Source: Toensbergia leucococca (lineage: Eukaryota). From it: a DNA stretch of 64,000 nucleotides. A model generated the notes under the pieces. The model saw only the letters and a list, made by a program, of their open reading frames with translations. It searched no databases and was not told the origin of the DNA. The DNA is taken from assembly GCA_022813965.1 (NCBI GenBank), contig JALDZS010000032.1, positions 1-64,000 on the forward strand, given 5' to 3'. The translations under genes were made by a program, and so were the position numbers. This document shows positions 1 to 13,517 of this stretch, piece by piece (the first letter of the stretch is position 1; the number at the start of each line of letters is the position of its first letter).

Positions 1-2021
1 TTATATACAGTTCTTCGCGCAAGGTCTTTGAGTGAGATCAATACATTCACTTGAGAAAATCATCAAATTCACTACTAATCTCTCTAACATCTCATCTCAC
101 TCCCTCAACACCTCAACATCTCATTTACCTTACCTACCTACCCATCATGGCTCCCCCTCACACTCCCTCTAAGAAACAGATCAAATTGAATGATCTTATG
201 TCACCTACTCATCGTCATCAGCCGGGGCCAAAGCCTGACAGTTTCATCAACAAGAGTATCAAATATTCTCATTTATCTCATTCCTCAGTTCTTGAAGGTC
301 AAACTATCAACTCTTTCTTTTCTTCTTCACAGCAAAAGCCTGCATCACCTTCACCTTTCAAGGATGATAGTGATGAGGAAATAAGAATCAGAGTCTCATA
401 TACCCGGGAGCAAAAGTTAGCCGCTATTACCTATGCTATCACGTTCACAAAGCCTGATAAGAACGGAGTTATGAAGTTGATCATCAAGTATGAGGCGGCT
501 AAGAAGCTTAAGATAACGCCAACAATGTTGAACAAATGGATAAAGGGACGGAAAGATGTGAAGAATCTTAACAAAGGGAAGAGAAAGAATAGACAACACA
601 TTACAGCTCAGGAATCAGCCATGGAAGACTCTCTTTATCAACAGTTTCTGAAACGTTGAAAGGAGGGCCGTACTATAGGACGTCGCTGGTTTGTTAGAAA
701 TGCAAAGCACATATATGAATCTTTGTACTCAGATTGAGTCATTAAAGATATCACGGATTGAATCATCAAATACAAAGACTTCAAGTTCTCCTCTGACTGA
801 TTTAAAGGATTCAGAACACGGCATGAAATCTTTATTAGATCCTCTACTCATAAGGCTCAGACAATATCAGAAGACTTCCGTGATAAGATAGTATCATGAC
901 TGCAGTTTAATCATCGGAACTCTCAGCTGATACCTCTTACTGTTACTTCTCTTACTTCTGTATCAGAAGATAGTTCTATGGTGGGACGCTTTAGACTCTG
1001 TGATATCATCAACATGGATCAGACTCCATTAGCCTTTGAGTTTCTGAAGGGTAGAACTTACGCAAGAAAGGGAGATAAGACTGTGTGAGCTAAGACAGTC
1101 AGAAGTGAATGAGACAAACGGCAAGCTACCTTACAAATCCTGATTCATGCTGATGAAATACCTTGATGTAAGTCATTGTTGATATTTCAGGGTAAAGGAT
1201 TCAACAACTCAGCTTTGAGAGCTGAGGCAAAGAGATATGATCAAGGAGTTATTGTGTGGTTCAATCCAAAGGCCTACGCAAATGAGGAGATCACAATTCG
1301 CTGGCTGAAACAACACTATCAGTATGCTACTATCGGGCTTTCAAATAAGATAAATCCCCGGTCAAGATTGCTATCTCTTGATACCTTTTCTCCTCAGAAG
1401 ACTCCACGTGTCAAAGAGCTGTATAGATTCATGAATATCACCACCTCTTTTGTCCCTGAGGGCTGTACCGGATTCATTCAGGTTTTGGATGTAGCGATCA
1501 ATAAGCCTCTCAAGCAGCGCATTGAGGATCTAGCTGATGAGCATTATGATAAACATCATAAGAAGTATGCTTCCGAAAAGTATACTGTAGGTGAAAGACG
1601 TGTGATGTTGACGAAATGGGTGGGTCAGGCATGGAGGGAATTTCATAAGGATCTGATTAAGTCGGAATTGATTCGCAAAACGTTCCGTCAAGTAGGACTA
1701 TCCTTAGCTGTAGATGGGAGTGAGGATCATGAGTTATGGATAAAGGATATACCTGATGTACAGGTTGGAGACTGGACTAGAAGGCCGGAGGAGATTAGCA
1801 ATCTTGCAGCAATTGATGAGGATGAGGAGGAGAAGGAGGAGGAGGAGGAGGAGGAGGAGGATGATGATGAGGTGGAATACATACCTGAGACCCCCCCCCA
1901 CATGTAGATAATATCTTATAGACCAAAAGGCCTATCGTCTCAAAAAGTCGATTTGGAACCATCTCTTATAAGCCAGTAATATCTTATATACCAGTAGTAT
2001 CTTATATGACAGATTATACGG
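1..2021 (+). mobile_element. DNA transposon body and right end; left end lies outside the window
   Basis: Three ~19-bp subterminal repeats (tcttataagccagtaata / tcttatataccagtagta / tcttatatgacagattata) end in ...ATACGG followed by TA (2022-2023). This fits a CCGT terminus with a TA target site. Confidence 0.7.
147..1907 (+). pseudogene. Tc1/mariner superfamily (pogo/Fot1-like) DDE transposase, inactivated by 8 in-frame TGA stops
   Basis: One frame from ATG 147 to TAG 1907 reads through 8 TGA stops between 657 and ~1166. CENP-B-type HTH remnant (FKFSSD*FKGFRTRHEI); catalytic-type motifs NMDQTP, LDTF and QVLDVAINKPLK; SE*DKRQAT resembles SGWDKRQAT; acidic poly-E tail. Confidence 0.9.
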
Positions 2022-2568
2022 TAGACCTTTTGAATCTGGTTCCACCAGAGATGCCAAAAGTTCGAGCCCTTGATTACGAGTCATGGAACGCCATCGCTCA
2101 CGCACCGTTTGATGGCAAGTTCGAAGACAATTTCACGGCAACTCGTCGGCAAGATTTGCAGCTGCCATGCGAGCCACGGTAGGAGTACAAATGTCTTGAA
2201 ATCTCCAGAAGGTGGATGTTGGAAGTGTAAGTCAAGTGGGTCTGTTTCAGAAACAAAACTAGACATCAAGTCTGATGCAAAGACCATGCGTCCGACATGG
2301 TTCTTAACATACGAGTACTCGAAGCCCCAGACTCAGATCTCATGACGGAGGCTCTGAATGTAAGCTACATATATTGAGATGGCTCTATAGCCAAAGTTTG
2401 ATACGAAAGATAAATGGGTGAGGGGCTATCAAGATTAGCATGCAGGCCGAGAATGAACTGCTCCTAATTCCCTCATCGACTAGAAGCGATAGATTCAGTC
2501 TCTAATCATCATCACATCGTACAACCTGGAATCTCGGAACAAAACCTGTGACTCCAATGTCTCGATCT

Positions 2569-3200
2569 ATGGATGAGTCGGACAAATACGTCTTCTATGG
2601 CGACTCATCTAGTAAGCTCTCCGTCAGGTTTGCAGTTGTTCATCTGCCAAATGGAGCGTCCTACAGCCAAGCATACACACGGGACGTATCTACCCCTCTG
2701 CCTCTGATGATAACTTCTTCATTCCAATTTACTCTAGATATTCCAGCACCAAAGGAGGTAGCAAGAATAGCAGATGTTGCCACTGGACTTGGGTACTTTT
2801 CACGCACACTTTGTTTCACTCACTGCTGCATTGATTAAGATGGCATAGTTGACGTGGCTCGCAGGCTTTCTTCTGACAGTAAGTAAGGTATGATTGAACA
2901 CCTCTTCTTGAAACGAGTCTGTTTCAATGCTTATCAGCGCATTCACTGCCATTCAATAAATATCAAGATGTGAATGTGCGATATGCTGACAACTTCCTCC
3001 AATGGATCTCATGGAGATGTTGAGCATGGTTTATGTTAAGTTGAAATTTCTGGGCCATCAAGGATATTAACCCATATTGAACTTGAGGCAAAATATTTAG
3101 TAAGATGAATCCAAAGCCCTATACTGAGACTCCTACTGGTATTTCAGCGAAGAATCTGGCGGATATCTCCTATGTTTGGAGGCTTTGAAGGTGGTACTAG
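2569..3200 (+). pseudogene. Degraded class I SAM-dependent methyltransferase remnant
   Basis: ARIADVATGLG resembles SAM-binding motif I of fungal methyltransferases (RIADVGTGTG) and is followed by a GT donor. Downstream sequence has no intact frame. The 3' boundary is approximate. Confidence 0.45.
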
Positions 3201-4891
3201 ACCAAGATGCTGAATAATTATGGCTTATAAGTCATGTGAAGGGCTTGTAACTAAACTGAAGAGGCGCAAGTCGGTGCTGCTGTTGTGTATCTAACATTTG
3301 CGCGGACTGCGCAGGCAATTTGATGAGGCTATCATGTTGACGATGAAGACTTTGGGGATCGCAATGTTAGGCAATGCGTTTCCCTTGCTGTCCAATGCTC
3401 TCAAAGCTTTCAAGAGATGGGAAGACTAGATTGTGAAGGCGTCCTCAACGGGAAAGATAGAGAGCGTCGTAAATGAAAGAGCTTCAGTATTTCAACAATC
3501 TTAGTATTTCAATAGCTTCAGTAGGTAGCTTAGATCAACTTCCTGTTCAGAATCTCAAGCGACAGTTGCGATGACTTGTTCATGCGAGAAATGAGAGTCC
3601 ATACATGCGATCAATAGATGTGACCAATATATGTAAGATGTCAGAGACAATACAGGTAAGATCTTAGACTCGATAAACGTAAGATAACAGAGTCACCACA
3701 CATTTGCTCCCATCTTAAGCTGAACGGCCTGGAAATAGGGACACACCAATGAACTTTGGCGTTGACAGGAAAGCTGTACCTCGTTGAGATAGTCCGGCGC
3801 TTGCATCTAGGGGCAAGCCGGCGGCTTCGAGCTCCGCATTGTCCGGCACCACTTTATTTGAGTGAAACGTTGGGTGTTGGATGTAGAATTGATGATTACG
3901 GCTTGATTGAACTGACATTTGAGATTTGTGAGGTGAAGATCTGGACCCGGAGATTGATCTCGGTTCGTGAGACGTTGGTAGAGTATGGACGGGAAGAATG
4001 AAGTTGATGGTGCTTGAATTTGACGAAGCCAAAGGAAGCGCATTAGCTAGGGTTGGTGAGGTTTCTGTGAGCCATGCCTCCTATGCATCATGGAAAAGGA
4101 AGAGAACAGACAGAAGAACGAAACGAGGAAGGATGAGGAGAGCTGGAGAGGCTCGGGATTATTCTTCAATCAAGGTTTAGTGTGCAAGGGCTAAATGGTG
4201 GTTAGAATATCCTAAGCGAGCCAGGGGGTTGATTTATCTTCCCCCTCTCCCCCTCTCCCATCTTCCCCCTCCAATTTCCCCATCTTCATCTCAACATCCA
4301 TCTACCTCTACACAAAACACTCACTACCATGTATGAGTCTCTTGATGCCGTCTCCCACCAATGCCAAGACGGCATAAATGAAGCAAAAGCTATGTGGGCG
4401 GGTATCCTATTGGCTTCCACACAGTGCTGCCCCACACAGTGCTCGGTATGACCTCGTTGAGCATCTGGCCCGCTAATCTAGATCAATCATCGCCGAGATA
4501 CCTTACTAGAGTGAGCTGGTGAAACATTTTTTGAACATTGACAAAGGCTTCAGTATGATTAATATGTCTCTGCTCCGTAATGAGCCAGCCATGGGCGTAT
4601 CGCCTACTGAGTACAATGTTTTCTCTCGTCGTCTAACCATGTATAATGTCTCGAATCTGCTCCCTTCACCTCTTGATTCTTGGAGTCCATTTTTTTTCCA
4701 TCCCGTCAACGCCAGTCGTTTCCTTTCTATCTCTATACCTTACTCTCATTCAACATCTCACATTCGTTTGCCAATTATTGTCTTCATTGATTGAAGCTGG
4801 AACACCGCTGTTTACTACTTTACATTCTTTGAACATTTCCTTGAAGGACCAATTATCATAGAGCCATTCAAACGCAAATCCTAGCCATCAA

Positions 4892-6298
4892 ATGTTGAAC
4901 ATGTCTATGATCAAGACTACCACTCTCTTGGCATTGTTGCTATCTGCCTCATGTGTTACTGCTCATGGTGTCGTACAGGGAATTGTTGCCGACGGCACAT
5001 AGTGAGTGCTACCTAGCAAAAGCCAAAGCAAAAATCTTTGTACTGAATCGCCGTCCAGCTACACCGGTTATAGCCCAGGCTTTCAGTTCTCGAAGCCACC
5101 CCCTGTGGTCGCCGGCTGGTCCGTTCCCGAGGATCTCTCCACTGGCTTCGTCTCCCCGTCCAATTACTCCAACCCTAGCATCATTTGTCATCTTGATGCC
5201 ACTCCAGGCGGTACTTTTGCTACGGTTGCCGCAGGAGGTACCGTCGAACTCCAATGGACCAAGTGGCCAGTCAGTCATCATGGCCCCGTTCTAGACTACC
5301 TCGCCAACTGCAACGGGCCATGCACTTCAGTCGATAAGACTAAGCTCGATTTTGTCAAGATTGACGCTGTTGGCTTGATCAGCGGTGCCGTCGAGCCAGG
5401 AACTTGGGCATCGGATCAGCTCATTGCAAACAATAACAGCTGGGTTGTTACTATCCCAACCTCGATCGCTCCAGGTAATTACGTCCTCAGACACGAGATC
5501 ATTGCTCTCCACTCGGCCGGGACGGTCAACGGCTCGCAGAATTATCCCCAATGCGTAAACCTCAAAGTCACGGGTTCCGGTACCGACAGCCTCCCTTCGG
5601 GTATCCCTGCAACGGAATTCTACAAAGAAACGGACCCGGGTATCGAGATCAATATCTACACTCCTCTGAGCACCTATATCATCCCCGGTCCAACCCTTTA
5701 CAGCGGTGCCGTCTCAATCTCGCAATCCATTGTTCCTATCACCGCCAGCGTCGCAGCTGAAAGTTCATTGGCTTCAACAACCGCCATCGCCACCTCTGCA
5801 TCTGCATACACCTCAGTCCCCGTCGATTCCTCTTATACTGTTGCGTCAGCCAGTTCCTCTTACCCAGTCGTCTCAGCCGCATCCACTTCTAGCTATCCCG
5901 CCCCTTTCGCCAACGCAACCGCTCATTCCAAGCCCTCGGACGACTGTTCAGATGTTGAAACCGCCAGCTCCACCCTCACCGTCAGCGTGATTCCCATCTC
6001 CTCTCTCGCGTCTACAACCGCTATGCCCATCACCAGCACAACAACTTACTCCCCAACATCCTCCACCTCTCCCATCCTCTCCTCCACCCCTACTTCCACC
6101 TCCCCTATTCCCCCCACCACCCCCGCTTCCACCTCCGAACCCCCCAACTCCACCCTTCCCCCGAACCCCCTAACCTCCCTCCCACAAGGCCTCACCCTCA
6201 CCCAACTCCTTGAGTGGCTAGAGGTGGTCATTGACGAGCTCTTGAAGGATACCAGTAAACAACGGAGGCATGTGAGGGATTTGGGTGCGGATGCTTAG
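4892..6298 (+). CDS. AA9 (GH61) lytic polysaccharide monooxygenase with long Ser/Thr/Pro-rich C-terminal extension
   Basis: Signal peptide ...[13 protein letters not shown] then N-terminal His ([11 protein letters not shown]); intron 5002-5058; motifs [32 protein letters not shown] and [13 protein letters not shown]. The start could also be 4901. Confidence 0.95.
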
Positions 6299-6654
6299 AT
6301 GCCGGGGTAGTCTAGAGGAGGTGTGTCTTTGTGCATGTGTGTGTGTATGCTCGAGGAAAAGGGGATTGAAGAGATTTCTTTTTGTGGTTGAGCAGTGGTG
6401 TGTATATATATATCTTCCTATTCATGATCCTTCTTCCGCTGTATTATATCATTCACATATTCTTCCCGCCCCCTTATCCTCTCTCGTGGGGGAAACCAAA
6501 CTCCTGAAACCAAACTCCTGAATCCAATCCCATCCCCACCATCTCCACCCCCACTTCCTCCCGCCAAAGAAAAAGCGGGAATAAAACATCAGATTCCGTT
6601 GTGCCACCCTTTTCTCTTCCTAGATACCGTGATTTAATCTCAGCCTTCCAATTA

Positions 6655-7846
6655 TTTATTCCTACACCCTCAATTCAATTCACATACTTCCCTCCCCCCC
6701 CCCCTGAAAAACACGGACCCGATTACAGTACGCAACAATGAGTCAACAGTATGACTCAACCTGACACTATATGACATGACTCAGAAAAATCATGCCTGTT
6801 TTTCACACAGCCATTTGTGACTTTTCATTCCCCTGACTCTTTTGAGTGCTCAGATATTTAGGTACTCACTCTTTTTCATGCTCAATCTACCATCTCTATT
6901 ACAGTGAGGAAAAAATGTCATATTTTCAGTCATGTAATCATGATTTTGTTACCTTATAATCCCTCACTGAGCGCAATTTATCACAATCTAAAATCCCTTC
7001 TTTCCCTTCTTTCTCTTCTTTCCCCTTCTCCCCCTCCCCTTTCTCCTTCCCCTTCCTTCTTCTTCCCCTCCTTCATCACATCTCATCACATCTCATCATA
7101 ATCACCCTAACTTTTACACATCAAAAAAGCATAAAAATCAAAACAAACTTAAAAACATTCTTACAATCTTTACAGATTTGTGTACCCCCTTCTTAAGATT
7201 TTGATAATATGTGTTTTTATGACAGTGAACTGATTTTAAGGCAAGGTGAAGATGATAAAGATGAGATATAAAGTCTTACTCTTTTTTTTGCTTTTTTTTT
7301 AAGACTCTGATAGAGTGAAATTAAGAGTTAAGAATTTAATAAGATAAAGAACTTTTAGAATGAAGTTTCAAATCAAGAATAAAAAAGAACAAGAGTACAT
7401 TCCCCCCCAAAACCCAAACCCCACCTTCACCTCCCCTCCTCTTCCCTCACATTCAAACCCCCAAAAACCCCAAACCCAAGACTCAAAACCCTCAACAACA
7501 AAACCCTTCTCATTTCAACCTTCTTTCACTTCTTCTCCCCCTTCATTCTCCTCCTCCTTCTCCTCCTCCTCCCCCCCCTCCTCCGATATCCTTCAGTCAC
7601 ATATTTTTAGACAAGGCAAAAAATATGAGCCCTTTCTTTTGCCAGGGGGGGGGGAGCAAAAATTGAAAGGGTTGAGGTAGAGGGTTGAATGGGATTGAGG
7701 ATGCAGGATGAGGGTGTGTGAGGTGTGAGAATTTTGTCTTTGGCTACGTGATAGTGTGTCTGAGGTTCAATAATGCCTGTTGGGTATGTAGGGAGAAAGG
7801 GGGGGGTGGAGGTGGGGGATTGTCAAAATTGGGGTGTAGGAATAAA
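6655..7846. mobile_element. Putative degenerate non-autonomous TIR element
   Basis: Perfect 15-bp inverted repeat TTTATTCCTACACCC (6655-6669) / GGGTGTAGGAATAAA (7832-7846), each with an inner poly-C or poly-G tract. The interior is AT-rich, TGA/TCA-rich and non-coding. No clear TSD. Confidence 0.5.
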
Positions 7847-8036
7847 AGGAGCCTTCATTTCCCCGTCCAAGAGTTTCTTGTTTTGAAAAAGAAAAAAAAA
7901 CGTCAGGTTTTACAAGCCCTTATAATGCCTTGATTTCCATCTCTTTTCCCTCGAAAAATATGCCTCACCCGTTCCGCACTAAAGCCAGCTCTTACGTGCG
8001 AAGGAATAAATGACAAAAAGTAACAAAAAGGCACAA

Positions 8037-10162
8037 TCACCGCCCCTCCCACGCCTTCTTCACCTTGACCTTATCCACAACCTCCACCCATCCCCTCCCC
8101 ACCCCCCTCTTCTCCAAAGCCTTGAATACACTCTCCTTCTGCGGTCCCTGCACCAAAATCTCCATGACCGGATTCCTTGGGCTGCTCCCAGCTAACTGCG
8201 CCACGCTCGTCGAGCTCGCGCACGCCTTCTGCAGCTCCTCGGCCAACAGCTGCGGATTTACGTAAAAGGCCTCGACGCCCGAGACTTTGGTCACGGTTTT
8301 GTTGCCCGAGCGCATTTCGAGTACGATTTGGATTTTCGGGACGGGGCCTGCTTTTGCTTTTGCGGTTTCGCGGGTTTCATTGTTGTGGAGGATGGTGTGG
8401 AAGGGGGTGCACTGAGATAGGATGCGCTCGGTGAGGGCATCGCGGGGAATGGAGCCTTTGGCTAGGATGTCGCGGTCGAGGGCTGTAGAGGTGGTGAAGA
8501 GGGCGTTGGAGAGGGTGGGGTTTAGGGTTATGAAGCGTTTGTTTTGGGGGGAGACAAGGGATTCTGAGTCGATGTAGGTTGTTATCATGGTGCGGAGTTC
8601 GGTGGAGAGGTAGAAAGATTTGGGATTTTGGTGCGAGGGGGTGAATAGGGCGGCGAGGGTGTCTTTGGCGCGGTAGAGGAGTAGGGTTTGGAGATGTTGC
8701 CCAATTGCAGGATCGTGTAGGGAGGATGTGGTAGCTGTGGCTTTGTTGCTGCTACTGGAGTCGGCACTCGATGTGTCTTTCGGTCGGAGCTTGTACGGGA
8801 TAAAGTCTACGATGGTCGGGTGGCTGAAGTCGATATCTGTAACTATCGTCTCGCCTCCATCACGATCTTTGAATTTTAGAATCTTTTGCTTGTCGAGAGC
8901 TTTAATGAATTTCTTTGCATTTTTCCAGCTTGTTTTCTTTATTTGAAGGGAGGAAGCCTGAGCTGGGGCTGTGGGGGGAAGGAACGGAAGAACAAGATGG
9001 GAGATCACAAGGGATTGAGAGATCGGAAAGTTGAGACCGTGGTGGGGTCCTTCTCTGTGAGTTTCCCGATGGTGGTGAAGGGCGTAGATGAAGGCATTGC
9101 GGAAGATTTCGTCGATTTCTTGAGGGTTCGATTTAGCAGTTTGTTATATAATGATATCAAAACTGGAGCTGTACCTTTGGTTGATAGTTCCTTCTCTTCT
9201 ACACCTACCTTCTCATATGGTGGAGCGTTCTCGCCGTCTATGTTTTCGTTGTGGGGTTTGGATTTGGATGACTCCTTGCCATTGTTTTCTAATATCACTC
9301 CCCCGTCGTCCTGTTCATCCTCGAGATCCTCTATAGCAAGATGTTCGATACCTGGCTCCGAAGTTACATCTCCATCGTTAGGATCCCATCCGTCAATCAT
9401 CTCTGGCGCAAGCCTCCCCGGTTTTCCTACCTGACTCCAAGCCCAGATCTCATCTCCATCCCAATGTTGACCTCGAACCGCATGACCCTTTACACCCTGC
9501 ACTTGTTGTAAAGAGGAAACGTCAATCTCGCAGATGCCGACGACCATGGGAACACTTGGTTTTTCAATACTAGCAATTGCTACAATAGCGCCCTTGGTTG
9601 CTTGTGGAGGGAAAGGAGGGCCTCTTGCTAAGCCCGGAGTCATGAGATCTGCCCCACCACGAAGCTTTTGAAGGACGAGGTCTGGCGTATGTAACAAAGG
9701 CACTAGTTGAGGGTGGCGCCACAATGTATACACTACCACAAATATCAGCTATGGTTGCAGTAAAAAGGGTTCTGACCACACCTGTTGGAATGAGCTTCTC
9801 TTCAATTTTAATCCACAAAACTCTAGGCTCATCTCCAGGATGCGTCCCAACATACACAATGCCAGATATTTGCTTCAGATCTGGTCCAGCAGTAGTTGAG
9901 AATCTAGCAGAAAGGGAGCCATCAGGCAATAATGAGTTCCGCAATGCGCCTAGCCCAACAGCTGCTGAAGTTTGCTCTTCTCCATTCTGCTCGCCTTCTT
10001 GAACTTGAGGCACTTGGAGATGATTGTCGGCAACGATCTTGTCGGCTATCTTGCGTCGATCGGAAGAGCGCAATGGCGAGAGAGTTTTGATCTTGGGCTG
10101 TGTGAGTGGGATCGAATACGAGTACCAGAGCAAACACTGACATTCGGTTTTTTCTTGAACAT
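8037..10162 (-). CDS. TMA64: Translation initiation/recycling factor eIF2D (ligatin): PUA, SWIB-like and SUI1 domains; multi-exon
   Basis: MFKKKPN|IKTLSPLRSSDRRK start; GGADLMTPGL PUA motif; IKKTSWKNAKKFIK; SUI1 region RSGNKTVTKVSGVEAF...EILVQGPQ. Confidence 0.92.
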
Positions 10163-10773
10163 AATCGAGCAATGTTTTGTGAGTGGTTGAGAGATTTGGT
10201 GCAACAATGGGCTCCTTAATTGATCTACTGCATCTGTGTTTTAGAAGATAACAGGTGGTGTATGGTGTGAAAGGACGAAAAATAGGTGGACGACGTTGGG
10301 CGGAAAAGGTGGGAAGCAGAGGGGTGGGGAGGAGGGAGCTTGGCTGAGGCTTCAGGGACAGTGGGGGCCGTGGGGCCTCAGGTAAGGTAGGCAAGGCAGA
10401 GAGCAGGGGTGAAGCTCTACCTAGGCTGGATTTAGGCTAGACCTGCCCCGTGGGTTTAAGCGAGGGAGCTCGTTACATGACAAGCGAAGCTACGGATCGA
10501 TGTTCACTGCCGTCACTCATCCCAAAATAATAATAATCTCCGTAATACGACATCAATCCTTTGCCTTTTTCCTTTTAGATCCGGTGATCACCACGCCTTC
10601 TTCATCACGCGATTCACATTTAACATTTTACCCTGCTAGCTGCTCTGGCTCTTGTATAAGGTACCTTGTTAGTCTTGGCGGCATTCATCATGTCAACACT
10701 TCTGTCACCACAGTCCAACGGAAAGGAGACTCGACCTTCGAACAACATCAGACATCCAACCGCGCCTTCAGTC

Positions 10774-13517
10774 ATGACCGCCAACGGCCATTTTGCCAAC
10801 GTTGGCGAGAAGCCCACCAGAGAACAATTTGAACATGGCATCCAAGTCGTCGACGAAGAGCAGAACTTCAAGTAATACCTCCTTGGTACTTGGTAGCTGT
10901 ATCATTTCAAGTGCTAATACTACCCTCAATTAGTCCTAATCTTCCAACCTATCTCTCCTTTGAGAAAATCGCCCAATCAGGCTTCAATTACCATCTAATT
11001 TCCGTCTTCGGTTCCCAATCAACAGGAAAGTCAACACTTCTCAACCACCTCTTTGGAACCGAATTCGGTGTCATGTCCGAGTCAGACAGAAGACAAACTA
11101 CAAAAGGAATATGGATGTCCAAAAACAAAAGGGATAATGCCACCGGAGAATCGAAAAAGATGGCCGACAACATCCTAGTCATGGACGTTGAAGGGACCGA
11201 TGGCAGAGAAAGAGGAGAAGATCAAGATTTCGAGCGGAAAAGTGCCTTATTTGCACTGGCTACCAGCGAAGTCTTGATAGTAAATATTTGGGAGCATCAA
11301 GTTGGTCTGTATCAAGGCGCAAACATGGGTCTACTTAAAGTCGTTTTCGAGGTTAATCTCGAACTGTTTCTGAAAAACACAAAGTACGTATATACTTGGA
11401 CCCTGGCGTTATGTTGTCTGATCAGTCAAGGTCTAATCCTCGCTCGCTCCTCTTCTTCGTCATCCGAGATCATTTGGGCACAACTCCTCTGTCCAATTTA
11501 CGCAACACACTCATTCAGGATTTGACTCGCATTTGGTCCGGGTTGTCAAAGCCTGCTGGCCTAGAAAAGTCCAAAATTGAAGATTATTTCGACTTTGCGT
11601 TTTCAGCGTTGCCGCATAAAATATTACAGCCAGAGCGTTTTGTTTCCGAGGTAGCCAAGCTAGGGAATAGATTCAGAGATGGATACCGAGATGCACGAAG
11701 AGACTCTTTACGGGGTGATCAGGAACTCGAGGGTGGTATTTTCTTGCCAGAGTATTCTCGACGAATACCTGCGGACGGGTTCTCGATTTATGCCCAAGGT
11801 GTCTGGGATCAAATCGTTAATAATAAGGATCTTGACCTACCTACTCAACAAGAGCTTATGGCACAATTCCGTTGCGATGAAATTTCTCGTGAAGTGCTGG
11901 TAGTATTTGACGAATCAATCCTTCCATTCGAGAGCAAACAAGCCGAAGGTATACGCTCAGGTTCACCAGAGGTTCTCGGTGGTTTAGGCTCTGCTATGAG
12001 AACTGCTAGGATGAAGGCGGTCAAAAGTTTTGAGACCGAGGCGAGCCGATATCACAAGGGAGTTTACGCTCGGAAGAAAGCCGAACTCGAGGGCAAGATC
12101 GATGGACGATTAAAGGCACTGTTCTTAGGTCAGCTCTCTGCAGCGCACAAGTCGGGCGTGAATCAATTTAGTGGGGCTGTCAGTACTGCAGTCAAAGCAG
12201 GACAAAAGAAAGGTGTCAGCTACGATTTTGCCGAGATAGTCGATCGTGAGAAGAAATCTGCTCTACAGAGATATGACAAAGAAGCTAGAGGTGTTCTAGT
12301 TGAAGGGGCACCCTGGAGTAATTATAAGCAGGAAATGTCACTCTATCAAAAAGACCTTAATGAGGTCAGCGGGCGACTGCGGCGAGAGGAAATGCGACGA
12401 TTAGCCACTCGTGTCGAGAGATGGGTGAGATCACGTTTAGGCGAGTCGATAGGGTTAGAATTCAATGCACTTGGATCTGGCCGAGGAGGATCTGGTGCGC
12501 CAGAGACAGGTGAACGACCGAGTACTGAAAAAGAAATATGGGATCGTATATGGAGCGTCTTTGTCAAAACTGTGAAGGAAGCCGAGCGAAGATTCACAGA
12601 CAGGGCCAAAAGCTTTGACGCGAGTTCAGAAGAGGTTGATGTAGGACTTTGGCGACTTCGAAGAAAGTCATGGGGTGTATTACGGGCGAAGATTGACGAG
12701 GAGATGATGGAGGGAAACCTCTTACTGAAATTACGGGAGAACTTTGAAGACAAATTTCGGTATGATGATGGTGGTGTACCCAGGATATGGCGGCCCACGG
12801 ACGATATCGAAGGCATGTATACAAAGGCACGCGAATCGACTCTGACTTTGATACCGTTGCTCTCTCGATTTCAATCTCCACGTACATCATCCCCTCCACC
12901 GTTGGATGAATGGATTGGCGGGGCACCTCCATCAGTAACACCGGCGGACGAGGAGGATTTGGCTCCAATAGGTGGTGTAGACGAGGAAGAAGGTAAGAGT
13001 TTAGAAGAGGAGATGACCATCTTGAGCGAATCCAAAAGACAGGATGTCACGGCACGATTCAAGAAGACGGCGGATGGAGTGTATGTTGAAGCTAAAAGGA
13101 GTGCGATTGGGGGAATGACTCAAATTCCTCTGTATTTCTATGGTCTTCTTTTGGCACTGGGATGGAATGAGATTGTAGCAGGTAAGAGACTGATCCCAAA
13201 ACATGTTTACCTCCTGACAGTGGCTAAATGAATGGCCAGTCCTCCGCAATCCGGTATATTTCATTTTCTTGATTCTCTTGGGCGTTGCAGCATACGTTAC
13301 ATACACACTCAATCTCTGGGGTCCAATGTTGAAGATGACGAACGCTGCATCGCAGCAAGCATTGGAAGAGGGCAAGAAGCGACTCCGAGAGTTTTTGGAG
13401 GCATCAGACACGGGACGTCAAGCGATGGCTATGACTGGGCAAGATGATATTCAATTGCAAAAGCTCAACGGACATGGGAAAATGGCAGCTGCTGAGGATG
13501 ATGATGAGGAGATATGA
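10774..13517 (+). CDS. SEY1: Sey1/RHD3 dynamin-like GTPase (ER fusion); multi-exon
   Basis: P-loop [46 protein letters not shown], and a C-terminal TM hairpin. An upstream in-frame ATG at 10690 is possible. Confidence 0.97.

Noticed and set aside
3715..4032. 105-aa minus-strand ORF (MASSNSSTINF...)
   Set aside because: No recognisable motif or supporting gene structure.
4345..4443. 9-bp inverted repeat (atgccgtct/agacggcat) and 12-bp direct repeat (ccacacagtgct) upstream of the LPMO
   Set aside because: Too short to distinguish from chance or ordinary promoter motifs.
6735..6785. Three TGA(C/G)TCA AP-1/Gcn4-like sites
   Set aside because: They lie in a mutated repeat-like insert, where TGA/TCA enrichment is the expected mutational product.
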